Positions 41,932 through 52,654 of a stretch of DNA of 64,000 nucleotides are shown one piece after another (the first letter of the stretch is position 1; every line of letters starts with the position of its first letter). The notes beneath the pieces are model-generated. The model had not been told where the DNA came from. It ran no database searches and saw only the letters and a program-made list of their open reading frames with translations. This DNA comes from an uncultured delta proteobacterium (lineage in GTDB: Bacteria; Desulfobacterota; Binatia; UBA9968): assembly GCA_963745835.1 (NCBI GenBank), contig CAVUZH010000003.1, forward strand, positions 1,385,185 through 1,449,184, read 5' to 3'. A program made the position numbers and the translations under genes.

Positions 41932-42899
41932 TCATCGGATTACTTTATCTGCTCTCGCCAGCACATTCGGCGGTATCGTCACGCCGATCTGCTTTGCCGT
42001 CTTTAAGTTGATCACTATCTCGAACTTCGTCGGTTGTTCCACTGGCATTTCGCTCGGTTTAGCGCCTCTTAGAATCTTGTCTACGTAGACAGCAGCGCGT
42101 CTAAAGAGCGCCGGATCATCAGCTGAATACGAGATGAGCCCTCCCGCCTCTACGCGAGCGGCCACTTCATGCATAGTCGGCAGTCGGTTTTTGATGGCAA
42201 ATTGTAGGATCTGCTTCGTGAAAGGGTTCAGTGTGCGACTTGCAACCGGCATAAGCCCGTTCACTCGTGCTCTCACAGCAGCTCGAAATGCGCCCTCCAG
42301 ATCGGGTTTAGAACCGTTTACCTCGATGGATTCGAGCGAAATCTTCAGCAAGCGTGCCGCAGTCTAATAGTCTCGGAAACTCGATGACCCGCGGACCGCA
42401 ATGATTCCTAAATGTGACAGGCTCGGAACCGCCTCCTTGAAAATTCCAGTCGTTTTCCACTTAACTCATGGGTAAGTCTGGCGAGTCCCGTGATATTTCC
42501 GCCTGGGCGTGCGAAACTATCGATTATGCCTTTCTCCACCGGATCAAAAGAAGCCACCATAACTATGGGGATCGTTTTCGTTGCTTTCTTGGCTTCAACG
42601 ATTGCTCCTGCACTCGAACTAACCAGCACATCGACATTAAGTTTTATGAGTTCCTCGACGAAGCCCGAGACTCGATCCGGATTTGTCCCGGGATAGCGAT
42701 ATTCAACGTGGATGTTTTCTCCTTCGATGTAGCCTAAATCTCGGAGCCCGCGCCGGAAGGACTCGACGAACACGCCGGGATTATTGATGCTGCCACTGCT
42801 CGCCGCATATCCAACTCGTGGTATTCTCGCTTGCTGCTCGGCGTTGAGAAGAGAAACATTGGTCAGAAAAAGGAACCAGAAAACAATCTTGCTAATCAT
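41932..42899 (-). pseudogene. ABC_sub_bind-type protein, frameshifted at ~42350-42440
   Basis: Split ORFs 42408-42899 and 41932-42351. Confidence 0.8.
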
Positions 42900-42951
42900 T
42901 GCTTCCGTTCCATTTAAGCTGGTCAGTACTTACCATTACGCTGCTCGACCA

Positions 42952-43043
42952 TTATTTGATCACCTTATCCGCACGTCGCCAGCACATTCGGCGGAATCGC
43001 CGTACGATTTTAGATTTTGGATTTTCGATTTTGGATTGTTCGA
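42952..43043 (-). repeat. Orphan SBP 3'-tail module
   Basis: Near-identical to 24418-24508. Confidence 0.8.
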
Positions 43044-44025
43044 TCATCGGATTACTTTGTCAGCTCTACCCAAAACATTGGGCGGAATGGCTACGCCGAT
43101 CTGCTTGGCCGCTTTCAGATTAATCAGTAGTTCGAATCTCATGGGAAGTTCCACGGGTAAGTCTGCAGGCTTGGCTCCTTTAATAATCTTGTCGACATAA
43201 ATTCCCGCACGACGGTAGAGGTCGCCGTAATTAACCCCATAGCCCATCAGCCCGCCGTCTTCGATAAACTGCCCCGTTTGATACATCGCCGGCAACCGAA
43301 GATTTGGTGGCGAGATCGACGATTCGTTTTGAATTCAACGTCATCAGCGCGCCCCCCGGTATAACTAGAGCGTCCGGCTGAAGTTGCTTTAAGACGTTCG
43401 CGGCGCCCTCGATATCTCCTGTGCTTCTGACCTCGTGAGGCCGGAGCTGTAGCCCAAGAGCCTTGGCGCCCTTTTTTGCTCCGTCGAGAACCTGCGCTGC
43501 AAGCTGGCCAGCTTCGGGATTCCACAGCATCGCGACCATGGTGATTTTCGGGAACGCCTCCTTGAGCAGATCCAAACGCTTACCCATCATTTCAGGGCCA
43601 GCGCTGCTTGATAGTCCGGTAACGTTTCCGCCTGGGTATGCCAGGCTCTTGACCAAGCCGGTGGCAACAGGATCAAATCCGATGCCTACGATAGGCGTTC
43701 GGCTATTTGCCTGAAGAACAGCGCGAGTGGCGGCAGGCGTAGTTGTAAGAATAACATCAAGATTGAGCGCGACGAGTTCCGTCGCAAGCATCGCCAGTCT
43801 GTCCGAACTCCGCTCGGCATAGCGGTACTCGATAGAAATGTTCTTGCCGTCAACGTAGCCTAAATCTCGCAATCCCTGGTGAAATGATTCCAGATGAGGT
43901 TGATCCCTCGACCCGAAGAACAGAAATCCCAAGCGAGGAATCTTCGCCGGATGCTGCGCCTGGGCCACCTCCCCCCAGGCCGTCAATGTCAGAACGACTG
44001 CAAGGAGGCCGACAATGTGTTTCAT
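43044..44025 (-). pseudogene. First ABC_sub_bind-type gene of array, frameshift at ~43300
   Basis: Split ORFs 43231-44025 and 43044-43295; SD TAGGAGG. Confidence 0.82.
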
Positions 44026-44590
44026 GCCCCTCCTATTTTAGATTTTCGATTTTAGATTGCCGATGGGACGGAAAACTTCCATTTCGCTTCTGATGAGTCT
44101 TATACAAGTTCAATGAACCGTAATGCCACTAGTTTAGTGCGTTGTTTGAATAAGATTTCGTCCGGCGTGTTCCCGATCTAAACTCGGCAATCGAAAAATT
44201 GAAAATTGCTTGATCATGGCCATTGCCCCTACCGCAACGGATATGCCACAAAACAAACTCTATGAAAATAATAATTTAGGAACCGCCGAAGTGGTGAGAG
44301 GTGGCCGTTTGACTACAGGGGAGTATCAGATTTGCTGCGCTACAAGGATCACATCCTCGAGACTGCCTGTCGAGACTGCCTGTGGTCCGATGGAGTGCTC
44401 CAACCTTATGAAACACGGTCGCGAGATGGCCATGGTCTTAGTCGATCACGCAGCTTGCCTACAGGGCACTCTCACTCCTCACAAAACCCCCTCATAGAAT
44501 TAAGGCCAGCCGTCGGGAAACGTTTCTGATGCCGCGGTAAAATCTTGAGGTATCTAGTTATGTGCCGTGCGCCGGCGACGTTGTTGCCTT

Positions 44591-45187
44591 TCATTTCCTG
44601 GGGCGTTGGCACCACCCCAGAGCTTCTTCCAACCGATCATTTCCCCAGAACAATTCCTCGTCGGCAATGAAGCTAGGTGCCCCGAAGATGCCGAGATCCA
44701 CTGCTCGGTCGGTCTGTGCCCTAAGCATGATCTTTGTCTCGGCGGAACCAACGGCCTCGAGGACAGTGTCTGTATTCTGATTCACCGAACTCAAGCAGGC
44801 GGCGATCACGCGGCGGTCGGCAATGTCTTGATCTTCGGCGAAGTTAGCGTGATAGATCGCTCGAACAAAAGCGGGCGTCCACGCTTCACTTGAGAAACGG
44901 CAGGCGATTCGCGCGGCCACTAACCCGTTGCGCGGGAACTGCGATGGACGGCGGAATGGCAGGCGTTGCGCTTCGCAGATGCGCTCCAGATCGCGCCACA
45001 TGTAACGCCCCTTTACCGGGTACAAGTTGAATGGCGAGTCGTTCCACCCCTGCGCCCGGAACATTCGGCTGAGCAAAAAAGCGTTCCACGACAGCGGCAC
45101 GCCGCGCTCCCGCGCGAGTTGTTCGATTCGCATCGCAGTGGGATATGAGTACGTGCTCGCAAAATCGAACCAGAAGGAAAGTGTCAT
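44591..45187 (-). CDS. 2-hydroxychromene-2-carboxylate isomerase / DsbA-like (GST kappa) protein
   Basis: FWFDFASTYSY, KGRYMWRD, GIFGAPSF, LFWGNDRL. Confidence 0.88.
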   Translation of the reverse strand: MTLSFWFDFASTYSYPTAMRIEQLARERGVPLSWNAFLLSRMFRAQGWNDSPFNLYPVKGRYMWRDLERICEAQRLPFRRPSQFPRNGLVAARIACRFSSEAWTPAFVRAIYHANFAEDQDIADRRVIAACLSSVNQNTDTVLEAVGSAETKIMLRAQTDRAVDLGIFGAPSFIADEELFWGNDRLEEALGWCQRPRK

Positions 45188-45303
45188 GCCTGTACCATGA
45201 GCCTAAGCTTTGGCTACTCTTGAACACCGACGCCCAGTGAGGGTATTCAGTGGTTAGTTTTAGATGATGTGAGATCGCATTCTGATCCGACCTCCGATCA
45301 CGA

Positions 45304-46056
45304 TCATCGTGCACCGGCCTGCCGCAGCAGCTTCACCATTGCTTCATATCCGCGCGCGCGTGCGAGCGAGAGCGGCGTTTGCCCGTTTCGATCCGCCAAG
45401 TTCACCTTTGCTCCCGCCTCAAGCAATACTCTCAAGGTCTCGGTGTGACGTGAACCGCCGTCGCCAAGCACAATCGATTCGATTAGCGCCGTCCAACCAA
45501 GATTATTGATGTGGTCCAACGGCGCACCGGCGCGGATGAGTGTCCGTACGACGTCCGCATGCCCCAGATGCGCCGCAGCGATCAAAGCGGTGCCGTCGTA
45601 GCGGCTGGTGATATTCTTTGCGCTCGCCCCTAGTGCGAGCGCCACTTTCAACGTTGGAACATCATTGGCAACAGAGGCAATAGTGACAATGTCGTATCGA
45701 TCGTTTTCCAATACGTTTGGGTTTGCGCCCGCGCCGACGAGTACGCGCATGGCTTGATGCTTGCCGTCATAAGCCGCGACGTGCAACGGAGTACGACCAT
45801 GGGCATCCCGAACGTCTGGTTCCTCGCCTTTAGCTATCAGGGCCTTTATTTGCGTCGAGTCACCTCGCACGGCAGCGGCCAGAAGTCCGGTGTAGCTAGA
45901 TTTTTCTGCTGCCGACGGCGGCACCTGCGCGTGCAGCGCGCAGGTACAACAGGCAATGAGCAAGAGGCTGAGGCTACTGCTATGGCTCAGGAGCAAATAA
46001 ACTCCTATGATCGTGAGCACGAGTGTGGCCACGTGAAACCAGCCGTCCCAGGTCAT
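45304..46056 (-). CDS. Ankyrin repeat protein (N-terminus apparently fused to a DUF2243-like remnant)
   Basis: GRTPLHVAA, DGTALIAAAHLGH, GWTALIE, GQTPLSLA. Confidence 0.85.
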   Translation of the reverse strand: MTWDGWFHVATLVLTIIGVYLLLSHSSSLSLLLIACCTCALHAQVPPSAAEKSSYTGLLAAAVRGDSTQIKALIAKGEEPDVRDAHGRTPLHVAAYDGKHQAMRVLVGAGANPNVLENDRYDIVTIASVANDVPTLKVALALGASAKNITSRYDGTALIAAAHLGHADVVRTLIRAGAPLDHINNLGWTALIESIVLGDGGSRHTETLRVLLEAGAKVNLADRNGQTPLSLARARGYEAMVKLLRQAGAR

Positions 46057-46240
46057 GTTTATGTCATCGTCTCCATCGTATCGACGGTATCTTGGCCGAA
46101 CCCGTGTTATGCCATTAGCGCAATCTGGTGTAGCGCAATTCCATCTACGAAACCACCAATGCCAAGCCCCAACACTGCGCTGATTGAGCGGGTTGTTTGC
46201 ATCCGAGTGGCTGATCGATATTGCAACCGGCTAAGACCAT
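46057..46240 (-). pseudogene. DUF2243-like membrane protein remnant
   Basis: LGLGIGGFVDGIALHQI / WHN...WDGWFH across broken frames. Confidence 0.55.
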
Positions 46241-46617
46241 TGCCGCCTTGTGCCTTGCGCTGCCGTTTTTTTCGTATGACGATTCGCGCCTAAGCCCCTG
46301 CAGATACTGCTCCCCATAGAAACGATCGCAACGCGTTTTCGGCCAGCCGCTTGTCAAAGCGAGTTTTGCAGTTGCGAGATTCTACCGCAAGCGACTATCT
46401 CCGCGGCCATCACCCGTCGTTGCTGAAACGATAAAGGACCAGGCAACTTGATTATCCTTGCCGGTCCGCAGAAAAAATCATATTTTGGCCCAATCTAAAT
46501 TTTTGTCGCTTGCACGTATCGATGAAGACCGCCCGCGAGTGGAGCTGATACATTCAACACCGACAGCAAAAATCCAGGTTAGATTGATGGCTCACTAACC
46601 AAGAAAGAGGGACAACG

Positions 46618-47697
46618 ATGAAACCGAAGAAGACAGCTAGGTTTGTGCTTTTCGTTGCAATTGTTAGCGCCGTCTGGGTGAATCTTACTTTTTCAGCCGA
46701 GACGCCTTTCTATCGGGGCAAAACGTTGACCGTCCTAATCAATTTCGCCTCCGGCGGGCCAACCGACATCGAAGGAAGACTGGTGGCGCGCTTCTTGGGA
46801 AAACACGTCCCAGGCCAGCCGACGATCGTGGTTCAGAACATGCCCGGAGCGGGCGGCGTCACCGGCACCAATTACCTCGGCGAGATTGCCAAACCGGACG
46901 GATTGATGCTCGGATATTTCACCTCGCAGTTTTTCAATATCTTGACTGCCGATCCCAACCTGCGAGTCGATCTGGCAAAGTTCGCATACATCGCAAGTAT
47001 CGAGGGTGTCGCCGTGGCGTATGCACGTAAGGATTTCCCGCCCGGCATTCAGGAAGCCAAAGACATCATCAAAGCCAAGGGTTTAAAGGCGGGTGGCTTG
47101 AGTCTCAACAGCGCCAAGGATGTCCGTTTCCGCCTGCAGCTCGATATATTAGGTGTTCCTCACCAATACGTTACCGGATACAACTCAAACTCGGATGCGC
47201 GCTTGGCGGTGGAGCGAAACGAGATTCAATTCTTTACCGAAGGGACGCCGGGCTATCGCTCGCAGGTCCAACCCCGGATGGTGAAAGAGGGCCTCGTCAT
47301 CCCGCTGTATGCGGACGAGCTTGTGACCGTGGATGGGGAATTCCGCCCTAGCGCTGAGGTGCCCGACATACCTTCTTTCTCGCAACTCCATCAACAGATA
47401 TTCGGCAAGCTCGGTTCGGGCGTGTTGTGGGAGGCCCTGAAAACCATCAATCTTACACACGCAATGCAGCGCATCGCCAAGGTTGCTCCGAACACGCCGC
47501 CGGAAGCGGTTGCGGCGCTGCGACAGGGATTTTCCCAAATGCTCAAGGATCAGGAATTCATCCAGGAATTCAAAAGAGTCACTCGTTCCGATCCGCACTT
47601 CCAAGTCGGCGGTGAAGCGGACAAGTTGATAAGCAAGCTGGTTCAAGCGCCGCCGGAGGTCAAGAATACAATTCGAAAATACACCGAGAGCAAGTGA
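46618..47697 (+). CDS. Bug/TctC-like substrate-binding protein
   Basis: FYRGKTL, GGPTD, NMPGAGG, AKPDGL. Confidence 0.85.
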   Translation: MKPKKTARFVLFVAIVSAVWVNLTFSAETPFYRGKTLTVLINFASGGPTDIEGRLVARFLGKHVPGQPTIVVQNMPGAGGVTGTNYLGEIAKPDGLMLGYFTSQFFNILTADPNLRVDLAKFAYIASIEGVAVAYARKDFPPGIQEAKDIIKAKGLKAGGLSLNSAKDVRFRLQLDILGVPHQYVTGYNSNSDARLAVERNEIQFFTEGTPGYRSQVQPRMVKEGLVIPLYADELVTVDGEFRPSAEVPDIPSFSQLHQQIFGKLGSGVLWEALKTINLTHAMQRIAKVAPNTPPEAVAALRQGFSQMLKDQEFIQEFKRVTRSDPHFQVGGEADKLISKLVQAPPEVKNTIRKYTESK

Positions 47698-48018
47698 TTT
47701 GAGAACGTTCTGTAGAGCTGGCTTACTCGGCCCCGGGTAAAGTAGTTGTCTGTCGCATCCAATCACGTTCGCTGATCCAGAGCTTGCATTCACCGCCTTG
47801 GCAAAGCCGTTCGTATTCTCACGTCAGCGTAGGCATTGCCTCGGCTCTCTCACTCACGATTTGACGGAAGCTGACAGGCAATGGTCATCGAGCGCCATTG
47901 GTGAAGCGTCCCCGGCTGTCACCTGCAATGCACGAGTTTAGATTCAATCACCGCAAGTCCCGGCGGAGAATCGCAATCTCCTCACCATGGTATACCCATA
48001 TAGATCGCGCTTGCTCTA

Positions 48019-48330
48019 TCAGCTGTACTTCTTAGCGGCCGCCTCGATGGCGCCACCGGCCCTGGCGAGATCATCGGGTATCATCACAGGATGGATCTCG
48101 ATACTCGCATTCAACGCCAGGAACCACGGCTCGGCAATAGCGGGGATCTGTGAAGCGTCGTTCATCTCAACGAAAAGAAACGCTGTCCGTTGGCCATTGT
48201 CGTCAGTGAAATACACCGCCTCGGGCTTCAAATCCGCCAGTATGGATTGGATGGTTGCGCCGAGTTTGCCGGCTCTTGCGGCCTGATTGCCAGCTTCGAC
48301 TGGAATGTTTACCTTGACTAAAAATCGCAT
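48019..48330 (-). CDS. Small alpha/beta hypothetical protein (DUF3303/GYD-like)
   Basis: KPEAVYF...GQRT...IPAIAEPWF...HPVM; SD AAGGAG. Confidence 0.7.
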   Translation of the reverse strand: MRFLVKVNIPVEAGNQAARAGKLGATIQSILADLKPEAVYFTDDNGQRTAFLFVEMNDASQIPAIAEPWFLALNASIEIHPVMIPDDLARAGGAIEAAAKKYS

Positions 48331-48372
48331 AGATCATCTCCTTCGAATCAACAGGTTTAAAACGAATGGTCG

Positions 48373-50507
48373 CTAATTTAGAAATCTTTGGAGCGTCGCC
48401 TGTAAATCGGGGGCATCGGATCCTCTGAGCGTGTATGGGTGTATGCGGTGTTTTGCGATGGCGCGGAAATAGCGCTCGACTTGTTGATCTTGAGAGATCA
48501 GCAAAACGTTGCGTCCAAGCGTATGCGCTATTCCGAGTTCAAGCACGACGTTGGCATTTAATCCGGTGAGATCAACCACGACATGGGTGGCACGGCAAAT
48601 TTCATCCCAGATCGAACGCAGAATGTCCGGAGCCAAGACTCCATCGCCGCGGATATATTCAATCTGCGAACCGCACGCATCTCCGACCAGGCGCCTCGTG
48701 CTGTTCGCCCATGTCGGGCCAAAGGCGGTCACGTGAAAGCAACGTCTATTAGACGCGTCTGGATACTGACCCGGCCAGGCCGGCAGCAGGATCTGCAAAG
48801 CTTCGGCGCCGAGAAAGCCGCATGTCGAGGTGATGAGATATCGCGCTTTGATCGGATCGGCCGTGGCCTCGTCATCCAGCGTCTCAAGGGACATGCGCAC
48901 GTGAGCACTCGGGTGCCCGGCAAATCGATCACGCAAATACTTTACCGACGACTTCACCGAGCTGCCGGCGGCGCCTCTCTGCAACCCGTACAGCGCCCGG
49001 TCGAAGGCGGCAGACATCATTGCAACATCGCTATCATCGTTCTTAAGACACACGGGTTCGATGTCGAGATCGAACGGCAAGCTCTTGACCATCGATTGCG
49101 ACCACGACTGCGGCGCGTCCGAGCGCAAGAGCGATGCCCAGCTCGTAGGCTACTGCCGCAATCGGGCTGGCTTCTTCCAGAGAGGCGGCACGTTTGTAGC
49201 CAGTAAAATCAAAAACTGCCACGGCTGATTCGCGCAATTGATCCCAACGCAGCGATGCTGGTTCTCGATCGGCTTGCGGCACAAGACAGCGGAGCTCGCG
49301 GCTGGCGCAAACCTGCGCGACCAAGGCGCCGACATGCGAACCGCCGGAATAGAACAAAGCATTGCCATGTTGCCCGACCGCTCGCGAAGGCCACACGGGT
49401 TGGGCGAGGGTCAGATGATGGCGCAAGGAAAAGTTTCGAATCTCTAACGCCAGCGGCCGCAATACTTCGGTTTCTACTTTCACCGAGTCTGCGCTGGCGG
49501 GTAGATTTGCGAGAGCCTCGCGACTACCCCTGAGCCGTCCCATCAAAGCCATCAAGGCTTTGCCTTCTTCGCCGGTCAAGAGCCCCGCCGCCGTCTCGGT
49601 CATGACATAGCGATGGAGATTCGCGTGCAGTTCACTAAGGGCCGCCCGGCTCGAGCCGGCTACAGGTTCTTCCACTGGTTGTGCTCTACTCGGATGCAGA
49701 AGCGCTTCGGACATTTGCGAAAGCAACTGCTGGACGCGGGTCGCTCTGATCTGTTTGTCGGCGAGCCCCGGCGCCGGGCTGCCAAGGATCTCCTCGAGCT
49801 CTGCGAGAATCGCGGTCAAGAAAGTTTGGCGCTCCGAACCAATTTGGCCGCTGGCAATGAAACCCTGGTACATCTGACGGAGAACGCCCATCTGCTGCCG
49901 CCAGTCGGAGGTGTCATCGTCCGGACCGGATACTGGTAGTCACGTCAGGTTCGGAACTTCCGGCGCGTCGTTCGGCCCTGGCGAGCAGTTCTTCGATAGC
50001 TCGGTCATCGGATATAAGCTCCTCGAGCTCTTTCCGCGCCCCATCACCGTTGGTTGAAGAGACTTCGTCTTGATCAATATTCTGATCGGCAAAGTAAGAG
50101 GCGCACAATCCACAGCGGCCGCAGCTATGCAATGGCGCGCGATAACGCTCGCTATACTCCCAGATTCCCCATTGATGTTCGATGCGGTTTTCGTCGCCCC
50201 ACTCAGCGCAACGCTGACAGCGTTTGCTCTGATCGCAAAAACCATCCTGTCGATACGCCCAGGCATCCCAGTTATGTTCAATACGCTTTTCCGACTCAGC
50301 GCAGCGGCTGCAACTGCGCAACAGCTCGCAAGATTGCGCGGCGGCGTGATTCCAATCGGACCAACTGTGCTCTACTCGTTGATTGACAGTAGCGCAGCGC
50401 TCGCAAGTTTGAATCAAGACGCAGCGCGCCGGGAATTCGGGCCGCCAATCTCCCTGATGAAAACCGAGCAGGCACTTTCCGGTATCGAGCCAATCCTTCA
50501 CTGCCAT
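48373..50507 (-). CDS. Probable single ~710-aa protein (two apparent frameshifts): Cys/His/Trp repeat N-terminus + helical linker + two nucleoside 2-deoxyribosyltransferase-like domains
   Basis: ORF pieces 49914-50507, 49043-49891, 48373-49128; AVFDFTG...VAYELGIALALGR and VVVDLTGLNANVVLELGIAHTLGR; frames join at GQEL/PFDLDI and near PDV/LPVSGPDDD. Confidence 0.6.
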
Positions 50508-50526
50508 AAGTTTGCCGCAGTCGAAT

Positions 50527-51694
50527 TCACGAAATCCGTTCCCATATCCGGTAGCGCCCGTCGCCCGGCCAGAACATCGTGGCATCTTTGAGAGCGACTT
50601 CGCGCGCGAGACTAGTTCCGTCATCAAAATTGAGGTGCAGCGTATTGCCTGACGCCGACCAAGTGCCATTTTCGGGTCCAGAGGTACTGGGCCCGAAACT
50701 GCTCATCGATTTGCTCCACCACTCGAACCGACCGCCGGGATCTAAAACGCAGTGGGTGTCGATCGTCATGCTGAATCCGCCTGATGACCGCGGTTCGGTA
50801 TGACGCCAGTGGCCGAAGAGCCGCATGTTCTTTTCCCCGGCCGGCGCTGTCGATGGCATAGGTCCCGGGGCTTGCGCTCGATGGTGGCGGAACATAAGCG
50901 GAGTCCTGTGATGCGGCCGGCGCGAAAACCGTTTCGATCCCTTCCCTGCGGCATCGCTCGATCAAACCGGCGAGCTGACGAAAAGTATTCTTGGCACTTT
51001 CATCCGGCGCCCGCTGGTCGATAACGAATTTAAAATACTTCTCAGCAACCGGGTTGAATAATACTTTCTTATTCTGCGACAGACGGTCACGCACGCCGGC
51101 GCTATCTGTCGCTTCCATGACGTTCCAAACCGCCCGGTCAATCATTTGCAAAGAGACTTGATCTGTCTCGCCGCCTCCATGATCAGACTTGAAAACCATC
51201 TCCGCGCAGCGACGGCACACGCGCACCGGCGTCTCATAGAATTGGCTGGAATGCCAGGAACCCCAATCGTGGACTATGCGTCTTTCGTGTCCGGGCTCAC
51301 CGCAGCGCGAGCAGGTCACGAGTTGCGCGCAATTATCTGCCGCCTCGTAACTCCAGGATTGGTAAACGTGAGCGTTGCCGGCCGGCGTTGTCTCCTTGCA
51401 GCGCGAGCACGGGCGAACCAGCTCGCACGAGTGCTCCGATGCATAGATAGGTGAAGCCCAAACATGCTCGACCTTGGTTTCGGTTTCTGCGCAGCGGCCG
51501 CATCGTCGAGCCATGCGGCAGGAATCCGGGGTTTCATAGTCCCAGGTTTGCCAGGGATGAACTAGCTGCTGGCTTGCAACTTGGCAGCGCGAGCAGATAC
51601 GCGTCTGTTGGCATGATCGATCCTGTAGATAGCGCCAGTCGCCACTGTGAAATCCGAGGGCGCACTTTCCTTTATCGAACAGATCTTTGAGCAT
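50527..51694 (-). CDS. Cys/His/Trp repeat protein with C-terminal lipocalin-like beta domain (one apparent frameshift at ~50835)
   Basis: Five H-x-W...C-x5-CxRC repeats; LFGHW...GTWSASGNTLHL in the second frame. Confidence 0.6.
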
Positions 51695-51880
51695 ACCAGG
51701 AAAATCTCGACGGGAGTCTCCGCCCGTTGCGGCAAAATGTCACAATATCGCAGCGGCTTACATCGGTCTGCGATCTCCAGTGCTGCAGCGGACTCTGGGA
51801 ATTGCCAACCCTGGGCGAAGCACCTCAGTGGGCATGAAAACAGTACACTTCTATGCCCTCGTTCGTAACACCACCTGCGG

Positions 51881-52654
51881 TCATCCCTTTGGCACCAATG
51901 CGCTGCGAATCTCTCGCAGCTTCGCCTTTATTTTAACGGCATTCTCGTGGCCTATCCGCACGAGAATCTTTTGGCCCGCCGAGAGTTCCTCTAGTTTCGG
52001 ATCAGCGAACTCGTACAGCACTTTGGGTTGAATCAGCAACACCGGCGCTTGAACTTCCGGCGTGTTCAATAGATGGTCGATCACTTGCACCACGCGATCA
52101 TTGAAGTATCTGCCTGGATAACCCAGTTGCTCGTAGTCTTGTTGTAGCAACGGATAAACCTGCACATAGGCGGCTACTAGCGCTCCGGTGGGCACCGCCT
52201 CAGCCAACCGCACATAGGCGTCATAGCGCGCGGCATTCGCCGCACCGAGGGTCAGGCTGCTGCCCTGGCCTACCGTAATGACAGGCCCCGTCACCGGTTT
52301 TACCGGCAGCAATTGGATCGGCAGGTTCTCGCGCGGCAAATTGTCCAAAGTGGCGACGGCGCGGCGGATGATGTTCTGAAGATTGAAAAGCTTTTCCGGT
52401 TTACGGCCGAAAAGCTGTGCCAGCATATCCTGCATCAGGCTGTCGCTTTCATCCAGCGACGGCAGCGGTTTCGCCGGCGCAGGCGGCTCGTCCGCTAAAC
52501 TGGCTTCGTCGATCGGATAGCGTATCAGCGGCTCCGCTGGCGACTCGAGCGGTGCGGCAACCTGCGGCTTGGACTTTTCCCCGTTGCTCCAGAAGTACAA
52601 GGCAGCGGCGCCGGCGATCAGAATCAAGACTAAAATCGTTTTTTTACCAGTCAT
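51881..52654 (-). CDS. DUF3014-family membrane-anchored protein
   Basis: N-terminal TM, LPSLDESD, YPLLQQ.YE.LGYP..YFNDR, LSAGQKILVRIG. Confidence 0.85.
   Translation of the reverse strand: MTGKKTILVLILIAGAAALYFWSNGEKSKPQVAAPLESPAEPLIRYPIDEASLADEPPAPAKPLPSLDESDSLMQDMLAQLFGRKPEKLFNLQNIIRRAVATLDNLPRENLPIQLLPVKPVTGPVITVGQGSSLTLGAANAARYDAYVRLAEAVPTGALVAAYVQVYPLLQQDYEQLGYPGRYFNDRVVQVIDHLLNTPEVQAPVLLIQPKVLYEFADPKLEELSAGQKILVRIGHENAVKIKAKLREIRSALVPKG

Noticed and set aside
20282-43200. Recurrent plus-strand ORFs such as [38 protein letters not shown]
   Set aside because: Antisense shadows of the conserved SBP 3' tail; variable starts, no SD, no independent coding signal
20338-44025. Array as CRISPR or diversity-generating retroelement
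   Set aside because: Repeat period is ~1 kb and coding; no short repeat-spacer pattern, cas genes, reverse transcriptase or adenine-specific TR/VR pair seen
20338-44025. Array junctions as classical attC sites
   Set aside because: No RYYYAAC...GTTRRRY-bounded palindromes found at these junctions, unlike the 56-64 kb region
44357-44382. 13-bp tandem duplication TCGAGACTGCCTG x2 and possible ncRNA in 44070-44560
   Set aside because: Only two copies; no recognisable tRNA, tmRNA or riboswitch features
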